Shown: positions 10,588 to 20,150 of the stretch, piece by piece | How positions within the stretch are numbered: the stretch's first letter is position 1 | Layout of the letters: every line of letters begins with the position of its first letter | Assembly (NCBI GenBank): GCA_000217635.1 | Contig: CP001817.1 | Span: forward strand, 150,001-182,000 | Origin: Candidatus Saccharimonadota bacterium | Lineage (GTDB): Bacteria; Pseudomonadota; Gammaproteobacteria; Enterobacterales; Enterobacteriaceae | Direction: 5' to 3' | DNA length: 32,000 nt | Notes under the pieces: model-generated | Told to the model about the DNA's origin: nothing | The model's input: only the letters and a program-made list of their open reading frames with translations | Database searches by the model: none | Program-made: the position numbers and the translations under genes

Positions 10588-11127
10588 TAAAATTCAATTG
10601 GTGATGTAGTAAATTTTTCTTTTTCATAATCCTGTAAATATATTAAAAGATATTAACTTGAGATTTTAATTTTAATTATTTTATTAATATTAATTTTAAT
10701 AATTGTATTACATAAATTATAATAATATAACAAATTTATTAATTAAAATCAATCTCTCAATGTACATAATATTTATGTCAAACTATTTTAGTAAATAGAA
10801 AATTTTTTTATGAAAAATAAATTATGTCTATTTTAGAACATATAATTTTAAATATTTTCAATATATAAAACGTAATAAAACATTTATTATATTGAATTTT
10901 TTTAAAAAAAATATATATGTCTTTAATATTAGGTATAATTTTCTTTCATTATTATAATATCATATTTTTAAAATAAATAATTTTTATATAATATCAAAAT
11001 ATAATCATGTTATTTATTAAATATTTTAGTTAATAATATTTATATATTTTAAGTGAAAATATTTTAAAAAAATAATAATAGAATTATAACATATATATTA
11101 CAAAAATTTTTGTAAGGATATTGATAT

Positions 11128-13767
11128 ATGGTTACAAATATTTCTAACGATTTGGATCCATTAGAAACCAATGAATGGATTGAAGCAATTGAATCAGTTT
11201 TAAAAAATGACGGAAAGAACGAGCACTTTTTTTTAATAAAAAAAATTTTAGAAAAAATAAATATTGATGCTATTAACATAAATTTTAAAAATTATAATTT
11301 TATCAATTCTATACATTATACTGAAGAACCGCGGTATCCAGGAAATTTGAAAATTGAAAAAAATATTCGTTCTGTTGTTTGTTGGAACGCAATTATGATC
11401 GTTTTACGGGCTTCTAAAAAAAATTTAGATTTAGGAGGTCATATTTCATCTTTTCAATCTTTTGCGACAGTATATGAAGTATGTTTTAATCATTTTTTTC
11501 GTGCATCAAATAAATATGATGGGGGGGATTTAATATATTTTCAAGGACATGTTTCTCCGGGAATTTATGCTCGTGCTTTTTTAGAAGATCGATTAACAGA
11601 AACTCAGTTGGATAATTTTCGACAAGAAATATGTGGTTTTGGTTTATCATCTTACCCACATCCTAATTTAATGCCAGATTTTTGGCAATTTCCAACAGTT
11701 TCTATGGGTTTAAGTTCTGTTTGTGCAATTTATCAGGCTAGATTTTTAAAATATTTACATAATAGAAATTTAAAAAATACTACATTGCAAACTGTCTATG
11801 CTTTTTTGGGTGACGGAGAAATGGATGAGCCAGAATCTAAGGGAGCGGTTGTTTTAGCTGCACGAGAGCAATTAGATAATTTAATTTTTATAATTAATTG
11901 TAATTTGCAACGTTTGGATGGCCCGGTTTTTGGTAACGGAAAAATTATTAATGAATTATCCAGTTTTTTTTCTGGATGTGGTTGGCATGTGATTAAAGTT
12001 ATATGGAGTAGTCAATGGGATACTTTATTAGATCGAGATGATCAAGGATTTTTAAAACGTTTAATGAATGAAACAGTTGATGGAAATTATCAAACCTTAA
12101 AATCAAAAAATGGAGCATATGTTCGAAAACATTTTTTTGAAAGATATGAAGAAACTAAAAAATTAGTAGAAAATTTTACAGATAGTGAACTATGGGCTTT
12201 AAAAAGAGGAGGTCATGATCCTAAAAAAATATATGCTGCTTTTCATGAAGCTAAAAAAATTAAAGAAAAACCCGTTGTAATTTTAATACATACAGTAAAA
12301 GGTTATGGATTAGGAGAAGTTGGAGAGAGTAAAAATATTTCTCATCAGATAAAAACAATAAAAGATATTAATGTAAAATATTTATATGATCGTTTTAAGC
12401 TAAATGCGCATAAATCGGTAATTAATAATTTATCTTACATTAAATTTTTACCTGGTTCTGAAGAATATCACTATATACATCAGCAACGAAAAAAATTATA
12501 TGGATATTTACCTAAAAGATTAAAAAATTTTTCTAATTCTTTTAGGATTCCTACATTAAATGATTTTAAAATATTATTACAAAAACAATCAAAACCAATT
12601 TCTACAACTATGATTTTTATAAAAATATTAAATATATTGCTACGATTTCCTGGAATTCAAAAAAAAATAGTACCTATTATCGCTGATGAAGCACGTACTT
12701 TTGGTATGGAAGCTTTATTTCAGAAAATTGGTATTTACAATCATTTAGGTCAATTATATACTCCATCAGATAAAGAAAAATTATTATATTATAAAGAAGA
12801 AAAATCAGGACAAATATTACAAGAAGGTATTAATGAATTGGGAGCATGTGCTTCTTGGTTGGCTGCTGCAACAGCTTATAGTACAAATGATTTTCCTATG
12901 ATTCCTTTTTATATATATTATTCAATGTTTGGTTTTCAACGAGTAGGAGATTTATTATGGGCGTGTGGAGATCAAAATGCGCGAGGTTTTTTAATTGGAG
13001 CTACTTCAGGTAGAACAACTTTGAATGGCGAAGGTTTACAACATGCCGATGGACATAGTCATATATTATCTTTAACGATACCTAATTGTGTATCTTATGA
13101 TCCTGCATATGGATATGAATTATCTGTAATCATACAAGATGGATTACAACGTATGTATGGTAATAAACAAGAAAATATATTTTATTATATTACAACAGTA
13201 AATGAAAATTATTTAATGCCCTCAATGTCAAATATTATGTTAGAAGGAATCTGTAAAGGAATTTATTTATTAGAGACATTTTCAGGGAAAATAGGACGGG
13301 TACAGTTATTAGGATCAGGAGCTATTTTAGAACGTATTAGAAAAGCAGCAAGTATTTTACATGCAGAATACGATATTGGATCTGATGTATATAGTGTTAC
13401 TTCATTTACAGAATTAGCACGAAACGGTCAGGATTGTACGCGATGGAATTTTTTAAATCCTTTACAAACTAAAAAAATTCCTTATGTAAGTTCAATTATA
13501 AAAAACTATCCTACTATTGCTGCAACAGATTATATAAAAGTTTTTGCTGAACAAATTCGGGCATACATACCCTCTAAAATCTTTCATGTTTTAGGAACAG
13601 ATGGGTTTGGTCGATCTGATAGTCGAAAAAATTTGCGTAATTTTTTTGAGATCGATGAAAATTATATTATAAGCGCGGCAATTAATGCATTAGTAGATAG
13701 CAATACTATAGATCAAGATATATTATTAAAAGTTTTTAAAAATTTAATATTTTTTCAGATAAAATAA
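11128..13767 (+). CDS. aceE: pyruvate dehydrogenase E1 component (ancestral C-terminus continues in the -1 frame to 13793)
   Basis: 879-aa ORF, collinear with E. coli AceE (887 aa). Matching segments include YPGNLKIEKNIRS, GGHISSFQS, FLGDGEMDEPESKGA, INCNLQRLDGPV, ADEARTFGME, GRTTLNGEGLQHADGHSH and LGTDGFGRSDSR. Confidence 0.95.
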   Translation: MVTNISNDLDPLETNEWIEAIESVLKNDGKNEHFFLIKKILEKINIDAININFKNYNFINSIHYTEEPRYPGNLKIEKNIRSVVCWNAIMIVLRASKKNLDLGGHISSFQSFATVYEVCFNHFFRASNKYDGGDLIYFQGHVSPGIYARAFLEDRLTETQLDNFRQEICGFGLSSYPHPNLMPDFWQFPTVSMGLSSVCAIYQARFLKYLHNRNLKNTTLQTVYAFLGDGEMDEPESKGAVVLAAREQLDNLIFIINCNLQRLDGPVFGNGKIINELSSFFSGCGWHVIKVIWSSQWDTLLDRDDQGFLKRLMNETVDGNYQTLKSKNGAYVRKHFFERYEETKKLVENFTDSELWALKRGGHDPKKIYAAFHEAKKIKEKPVVILIHTVKGYGLGEVGESKNISHQIKTIKDINVKYLYDRFKLNAHKSVINNLSYIKFLPGSEEYHYIHQQRKKLYGYLPKRLKNFSNSFRIPTLNDFKILLQKQSKPISTTMIFIKILNILLRFPGIQKKIVPIIADEARTFGMEALFQKIGIYNHLGQLYTPSDKEKLLYYKEEKSGQILQEGINELGACASWLAAATAYSTNDFPMIPFYIYYSMFGFQRVGDLLWACGDQNARGFLIGATSGRTTLNGEGLQHADGHSHILSLTIPNCVSYDPAYGYELSVIIQDGLQRMYGNKQENIFYYITTVNENYLMPSMSNIMLEGICKGIYLLETFSGKIGRVQLLGSGAILERIRKAASILHAEYDIGSDVYSVTSFTELARNGQDCTRWNFLNPLQTKKIPYVSSIIKNYPTIAATDYIKVFAEQIRAYIPSKIFHVLGTDGFGRSDSRKNLRNFFEIDENYIISAAINALVDSNTIDQDILLKVFKNLIFFQIK

Positions 13768-13783
13768 ACCCGCGTTTAGGTTT

Positions 13784-13789
13784 GAGAGG
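13784..13789 (+). promoter_or_regulatory. Shine-Dalgarno-like GAGAGG, 7 nt upstream of the aceF GTG start
   Basis: The sequence reads tttGAGAGGttagataGTG. It is the only purine/G-rich patch in the aceE-aceF junction. Confidence 0.5.
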
Positions 13790-13796
13790 TTAGATA

Positions 13797-15050
13797 GTGG
13801 ATATAGAAATTTTAACTCCTGATATTGGTATTGAAAAAGTAGAAGTAACTGAAATACTAGTACAGGAAGGAATAAAAATACAAAAAGAAGACAGCATTGT
13901 TTCAGTAGAAAGTCAAAAATCTGTCCTTGAAATACCATCGCCATACGCGGGTATTGTAAAAAAATTTTATATTAAAGTTGGTGATTTTTTAACGATTAAT
14001 ACATTACTTATGACTTTACATGTTAATAAGAGTATTATTCATAATAAAAATTTATTAAATAAATCAAATATATCGCAAAATAATTTATCTAAATCTTTAA
14101 AAAATATTCGTAGTTTTAATAAAAATCAAGAGAATATAAATATTTTTAAAGAACAAGAAAAAATTTATGCTTCTCCTAATATTCGTCGGGTGTCAAAAAT
14201 ATTAAAAATTAATTTGTTAGATATTGTTGGAACTGGTCGTAATGGTCGAATTATTATGGAGGATTTATATAAGTATCAACAATTAAATACACATAATAGT
14301 ATCGAAAATATTTCACAAAAAAATATTCTTTTGCATGAAAAAAATAAAAAATTAAAGATATTAAATTTTTTTAAATTAAACAAAGTACAACAAATTATAG
14401 GAAAAAATTTAATTAATACTTGGAATAATGTTCCGCATGTAACGCAATTTGATGAGGCAGATATTACAGAATTAGATCAATTTAGACAATGTTATAATAA
14501 AAAGTGTATTGATAAAAAAAATAATTTATCAATATTACCTTTTCTTATTAAATGTATTGAACGTAGTTTATATCAATTTCCAAATTTTAATAGTTCTTTA
14601 ACTTCATGTGGAACTAAAATAATACTTAAAAAAAAAATTAATATTGGCATTGCTGTGGAAACAGATTTCGGGTTATTAGTTCCGGTTTTAAAAAATTTGT
14701 ACTATAAATCAATATCCTGTATTTCTTTAGAAATTAAAAATTTAGTTTTAAAAGCAAAAAAAAATCAATTACATATATCAGAAACGCAACATGGTAGTTT
14801 CACAGTATCTAATTTAGGACATCTTGGAGGTGTGGGGTTTACACCAATTATTAATTTTCCCGAAGTTTGTATTTTAGGTATATCTAAAGCAGTTATTAAA
14901 CCGGTCTGGAAAAAAAAGCAATTTATTCCGCGTTTGATCCTTCCTTTTTCTATTTCTTATGATCATCGAGTTATTAATGGAGCGGATGCAGTACGTTTTA
15001 CGACATTTATATGTGATCTTTTACGGGATATAAGAAATTTAATAATATAA
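13797..15050 (+). CDS. aceF: dihydrolipoamide acetyltransferase (PDH E2) with a single lipoyl domain
   Basis: 417-aa ORF with a GTG start.
- N-terminus DIEILTPDIGIEKVEVTEILV matches [21 protein letters not shown] in E. coli.
- One lipoyl-lysine context (VESQKSVLEIPSP).
- E3/E1-binding domain ASPNIRRVSKILKINLLDIVGTGRNGRI.
- Catalytic SYDHRVINGADAVRF. Confidence 0.93.
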   Translation: MDIEILTPDIGIEKVEVTEILVQEGIKIQKEDSIVSVESQKSVLEIPSPYAGIVKKFYIKVGDFLTINTLLMTLHVNKSIIHNKNLLNKSNISQNNLSKSLKNIRSFNKNQENINIFKEQEKIYASPNIRRVSKILKINLLDIVGTGRNGRIIMEDLYKYQQLNTHNSIENISQKNILLHEKNKKLKILNFFKLNKVQQIIGKNLINTWNNVPHVTQFDEADITELDQFRQCYNKKCIDKKNNLSILPFLIKCIERSLYQFPNFNSSLTSCGTKIILKKKINIGIAVETDFGLLVPVLKNLYYKSISCISLEIKNLVLKAKKNQLHISETQHGSFTVSNLGHLGGVGFTPIINFPEVCILGISKAVIKPVWKKKQFIPRLILPFSISYDHRVINGADAVRFTTFICDLLRDIRNLII

Positions 15051-15140
15051 TTTAAATTTTTATATAAAAAATATTATTATTTGGTAGATTTATACTATTT
15101 AAAAAAATTTTTATTTTAAATAAACGAGAGTAAAAAACTC

Positions 15141-16556
15141 ATGAAAAAAAATATAAATGTTGATGTAGTAGTCATTGGAGGTGGTCCTTCTGGATATTCC
15201 TCAGCTTTTCGTTGTGCAGATTTAGGATTATCTGTTGTTATTATAGAAAAATACGGAGTTTTAGGCGGAACATGTTTAAACGTAGGATGTATTCCGTCTA
15301 AATCATTACTACATTTAGCTACTCTAATTAAGGAAACAAAATCATTTTTACAATATGATATAGAATTATTAAATGTCAATAAAATTAACATGAATAATAT
15401 AATGAAATGGAAAAATGATATTATTATTTCATTATCTAATGGGTTAAATTATTTAGCAAAAAAACGAAATGTGGATATTATTCATGGTGTTGCTTCTTTT
15501 ATTGATATTAATACTGTAGAAGTAGTTTGTAAAGATATACATTATATAATTTATTTTAATTATGCAATTTTAGCAGTTGGTTCAAAACCAGTACAAATAC
15601 CTAATATTCCATATGGAGATGCTCGTATTTGGAGTTCTACTCATGCATTAAATTCTATTAATATTCCAAAGCGTTTATTAATTATTGGAGCGGGTATTAT
15701 TGGCTTAGAGATGGCCACAATATATAGTGCTTTAGGATCTCAAATAGATATTATTGATAATTCTTTAGAGTTTTTTCCGGGTATAGATTCAGATATTAGA
15801 GATATTTTTATTAAATATACTAAAAAAGATTTTATGATAAATATGAATACTATTATCAATAAAATTGAATCATTAGAAAATGGAATTATGGTTACGCTGC
15901 AAAATAATAATAAAACTACAGATAAAATATTATATGATAATATATTAATTGCGACAGGAAGAATACCTAATATTGATTCTATTAATTTACAAGATATTAA
16001 TATTAAGTTAAATGAATTTGGTTTTATTAATGTAGACTTACAATTAAGAACTAATATATCACATATTTTTGCGGTAGGAGATGTTGTTGGAAAACCAATG
16101 TTGGCTCATAAAGGAATTTATGAAGCCCATATTGCTGCAGAAGTGATTGCCGGAAAGGATCATTATTTTGACCCAAAAGTGATTCCATGCGTTGCTTACT
16201 GTGACCCAGAAATTGCATGGACAGGTATTTTATCAAAAAAAGCAAAAGAATTAAAAATTCCTTGTCGTATTATATCTATTCCTTGGAATTTTTCTGGAAG
16301 AGCGATATCATCAAATTGTGCAGCATTTGGCATGACAAAATTATTGATTCATGAAGAAAATAAAAAAATAATTGGTGGTATTATAATTGGTCGACATGCT
16401 GGAGAATTAATTACTCAAATTAGTTTAGCAATTGAAATGTCATGTGATATAGAAGATGTTGCCTTAACAATTTATCCTCATCCAACATTATCAGAATCAA
16501 TTAATATTGCTGCTCAAGTATTTAACAAAACGGCTACGGATATATTAAACATATAA
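15141..16556 (+). CDS. lpdA: dihydrolipoamide dehydrogenase (E3)
   Basis: 471-aa ORF. FAD-binding VVVIGGGPSGYSSAF, redox disulfide GGTCLNVGCIPSK and C-terminal HPTLSES. Collinear with E. coli Lpd (474 aa). Confidence 0.95.
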   Translation: MKKNINVDVVVIGGGPSGYSSAFRCADLGLSVVIIEKYGVLGGTCLNVGCIPSKSLLHLATLIKETKSFLQYDIELLNVNKINMNNIMKWKNDIIISLSNGLNYLAKKRNVDIIHGVASFIDINTVEVVCKDIHYIIYFNYAILAVGSKPVQIPNIPYGDARIWSSTHALNSINIPKRLLIIGAGIIGLEMATIYSALGSQIDIIDNSLEFFPGIDSDIRDIFIKYTKKDFMINMNTIINKIESLENGIMVTLQNNNKTTDKILYDNILIATGRIPNIDSINLQDINIKLNEFGFINVDLQLRTNISHIFAVGDVVGKPMLAHKGIYEAHIAAEVIAGKDHYFDPKVIPCVAYCDPEIAWTGILSKKAKELKIPCRIISIPWNFSGRAISSNCAAFGMTKLLIHEENKKIIGGIIIGRHAGELITQISLAIEMSCDIEDVALTIYPHPTLSESINIAAQVFNKTATDILNI

Positions 16557-16751
16557 TTGAATTTTTATTATTAATAAAATAATTATTAAATTATAATTAA
16601 TAAAAAATTAAAATAACATATAAAAAAATTATATGATTGATATACCTTTAAAAGATTTTATTATTAACACAGATAATTTTTTTAAAATCATTAAATAATT
16701 TCTTAAGTTAGATTTAAATAAATGTATTTTAAAAATATTCTACTGCTATAT

Positions 16752-16786
16752 ACAATAGCTGTGGAGTTTATTTCTACAGCTATTGT
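16752..16786. terminator. GC-containing hairpin between convergent lpdA and erpA; possible terminator
   Basis: acaatagctgt (16752-16762) is the exact reverse complement of acagctattgt (16776-16786). The stem can extend inward with G-U/G-C/A-U pairs to a 5-nt loop. It lies ~195 nt after the lpdA stop and ~315 nt after the erpA stop. There is no clean U-run. Confidence 0.35.
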
Positions 16787-17102
16787 TAAAAAAATTTTTA
16801 TATTTTTATATTTTTATAAGTATACGGATCTTTTATAAAAATTATAAAATATATATGATTATGATTTTATTTTTTTTAATTTTAATTTTTATATTTTTTA
16901 TTTGGTAATGTTATATAATTAATAAATTACGTGAATAAAAAATTATTTTTCTATATTTATTTTAATCGATAATATTATACATATAATTTATTTTTATTAA
17001 AAAAAATTTTTATTGTTATATAAAGTAATTTTTATTAAGTTAGTTAAAATAATTTTTATAATATTAGTGATATTATAATCATTATATATTTATTTTATAA
17101 TA

Positions 17103-17441
17103 TTAAATACTAAATGATAAACCACAACCACATGTTGTTTTTGCATTGGGATTAATAATAATAAATTTCGATCCTTCTAAGTTTTCTATGTAATCTAGTT
17201 TTCCTCCTTTTAGATATTGTAAACTAATAGGATCTATAATTACGCAAATATTTGAATTTTTAAATATTACATCATATTTTTGTTGCTTTTTATCTAATTT
17301 AAAACCATATTGAAATCCGCTACATCCACCTCCGGTAATATAAATACGTAATTTAGTTTTTATAATCTTTATTTTTATAAGTTTTTTATTTTTTTTTGCT
17401 TTATCTGTAATTAATAATGGAAAAAAAGATATTATATTCAT
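17103..17441 (-). CDS. erpA: iron-sulfur cluster insertion protein ErpA (A-type carrier)
   Basis: 112-aa [20 protein letters not shown] and C-terminal [16 protein letters not shown] match E. coli ErpA ([17 protein letters not shown] ... NPNAKSTCGCGSSFSI). Confidence 0.93.
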   Translation of the reverse strand: MNIISFFPLLITDKAKKNKKLIKIKIIKTKLRIYITGGGCSGFQYGFKLDKKQQKYDVIFKNSNICVIIDPISLQYLKGGKLDYIENLEGSKFIIINPNAKTTCGCGLSFSI

Positions 17442-17695
17442 GTAAACTCTATTATTGAACTTTATTTTTCTATTTCTAAATAGATTTATTTTATTTAATA
17501 ATAATATATTAATATATATAATTATTTATAGTATGTTTATATTATTTTAATATTTATTAAATGTTATATTTAATCATTTTAATTTTCTTTATAAAGAAAG
17601 AGCTATTTATATTAATAATATGGATTATATTTTATAAGTGTATATATATTATACTTTCTTTGAAAGATTTTTTTTATTATTTTCTGTATATTTAG

Positions 17696-18852
17696 TTAAT
17701 TGATTTTTTTACGTAAAAAAGCGGGAATATCTAAAAAATTTTTTCGTTTTGATTATTGGGTGTTATATTTTTCTCTTTCATTTTATTCTCTGAATAAGTA
17801 TTATTCGTATCGTTTTGATTTAAAGATAGTTTATTTTGATATCCAAGTAACATATCTTTAGATGATCGGTTATTCATGAGCATTATATCAGAGTGTTTAT
17901 CGCCTCCTATCCCGGTAGCTACCACTGTAACTCTTAAGGATTCTTCCATCTTAGGATCTAATGAAGTTCCTATAACTACTGTTGCATTATCTGATGAAAA
18001 TGCTCGAATTGTATTTCCTACTGTTTCAAATTCATCTAAACGTAAATCAAAACCGGCTGTAATATTCACTAATACTCCTTTTGTTCCAGATAAATCAATA
18101 TCCTCTAATAATGGACTGGAAATAGCAATTTCAGAAGCTTCTTCTGCTCTATTTTCACCAGAAGCAGACCCGGTTCCCATCATAGCATATCCCATTTCTG
18201 ACATAACGGTGCGCACGTCTGCAAAATCAACATTCATTAAACCTGGTCGAGTAATTAACTCTGCAATTCCTTGAACCGCTCCTTTTAAAATATCATTAGC
18301 TGCTTTAAACGCATCTAATAAAGATATTCCTCGTGATAAAACTTTTAACAATTTATCGTTAGGTATAGTAATTAATGAATCTACAGATTTTGATAATTCT
18401 TGTAAACCTTGTTCTGCATATATCATTCTTTTTTTTCCTTCAAAACTGAAAGGTTTTGTTACAACAGCAACCGTTAATATACCTAAATCCCTTGCTATTT
18501 TAGCAATTATAGGAGTTGCTCCTGTCCCAGTTCCTCCGCCCATACCTGCCGCTATAAAAATCATATCAGCACCTTCAAGGGCTGATTTCAGTCTTTCTGT
18601 ATCTTCTTCTGCAGCCGTTCTTCCTACTTCTGGATTTGCTCCAGCACCTAATCCTTTAGTAATATTATTTCCTATTTGTATAGTTTGTCCTACATCTATT
18701 TTACGCAAAGCTTGTGCGTCTGTATTAATTGCAAAAAATTCTACTCCCTCTATTTTTTCGCGAATCATATGTTCTACAGCATTACTTCCCCCACCACCTA
18801 TACCTATTACTTTAATAATCGCATCATTTTCTAAATTAACTGGTTCAAACAT
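17696..18852 (-). CDS. ftsZ: cell division GTPase FtsZ; annotated ORF 17731..18852 stops just before the conserved C-terminal peptide, which continues in the -1 frame to 17696
   Basis: 373-aa ORF with tubulin signature [15 protein letters not shown] start region and NVDFADV. Its AAGGA Shine-Dalgarno lies upstream of ATG 18852. The -1 frame after the A6T6 run (17733-17744) encodes [13 protein letters not shown] then a stop (TAA 17696-17698). E. coli FtsZ ends [14 protein letters not shown]. Confidence 0.9.
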
Positions 18853-18910
18853 AATTTTTTTTCCTTATTATTTTTTAGGAATAACTATTACATATAGAAT
18901 AATATGTTAT

Positions 18911-20150
18911 TTAAAATTCTTTTTTTAACCAATTGTATATTTGTCTAATCCAATTATGTAATATTCCTATTTTCTTTGGAATGATTTTTTTTATTTTTTT
19001 TCCATATTGTAATAATCCAATAATTGTTGAGTATTCTGGTTGTGTAATATTTTCTGGAAGATCTGGTAGATTTGGTTTTTTAAGGATTACATTGGTTTGA
19101 AATATTTTTGTTGCATATAGTGGTAATGATTTGATTTGCGATGCTCCACCCGTTAAAACAATTCCCATTAACAATTTATTTTTATTTTTTATTTCTAAAT
19201 TGAATTCACATTTTAATAGTTCATGATTAACTAATTGTAATAATTCAGAATATCTTGATTCAATAACTTCTACTAATTTTGCATGTTGTAAATTTTTTAT
19301 TTTTTCGCCATTTTTTTTAAAGATATCTATATTATTTTTGATATTACGTAAATCACTAATAACTGATCCGTATTTTTTCTTTATAAATTCAGCATCATAA
19401 TATGATAAAGAAAAAGCATAAGCGATATCTTTAGTAACTATATCGCCTCCATAAGGAATAACAGCACTATGCCGTAATGATCCTTGTGTATAAATACTGA
19501 TATTAATTATTTCTCCGCCGATATCTACTAAGCAAACCCCTAATTTTTCTTCTTCTGTTAAAATTGCTTCACTTGCAGCTAATCCAGAAAAAATAATTTT
19601 TGATACTTTTACCCCGCATTTTTCAATTGCTTTAGTTATATTTTTTTCAAGACTATAACAAGAAGTTATTAAATGTACATTAGCTTGCATACGTACACCG
19701 GATAGTCCTAATGGATTTTTTATATTTGATTGCTGGTCAATTGAAAATTCTTGCGGAATAATATGTGTTATGAATCGGTCATTCCTTATTTTTATTGATT
19801 GCGCAGTTTTAATAGCATTTTTAATATCGTCACGAGTAACTTCATCTTGTTTAATTGGAACTACGCCAATTTCATTTAAACATTCTATATCTTTATGTGA
19901 AATTGATACATATACTGATGTAATCTTATATTTTGCAACTTTTTCAGCTTCATAAATAGATTTTTTAATACATGAGATTAATAATTCTAAATTATTGATA
20001 TGACCATTTTCTATCCCATACGATTGATTTTGACTAAATCCAATAATTTCTATATTTTGATTATTTAGAATAGCTCCAATTAATACTATAATTTTTTTTT
20101 GACCCTATTTCCAAACCAACTACTATATTTTTATTATTTGAAATACTCAT
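18911..20150 (-). CDS. ftsA: cell division protein FtsA, interrupted by a 1-nt frameshift in an A9 tract at codon ~19
   Basis: ATG at 20150 gives MSISNNKNIVVGLEIGSKK (E. coli ...RKLVVGLEIGTAK). After the tract (T9 on + strand, 20092-20100) the protein continues in the +1 frame: IIVLIGAILNNQNIEIIGFSQ...NPLGLSGVRMQANVHLITS...LVDIGGE...VLTGGASQI...NWLKKEF. This is collinear with E. coli FtsA to the C-terminal amphipathic helix. The ORF track only shows 18911..19690, from an internal Met. Confidence 0.88.

Noticed and set aside
17876-18274. 132-aa ORF on the + strand, antisense to ftsZ. Similar antisense or overlapping ORFs in the track are 6507..6728, 11064..11279, 13744..13944, 15116..15391, 16051..16245, 19770..19955, 21600..21782, 23810..24007, 26164..26355 and 29859..30188.
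   Set aside because: Each lies wholly inside or against a well-supported conserved gene on the opposite strand. Their sequences are low-complexity with no recognisable motifs. They are shadow ORFs.
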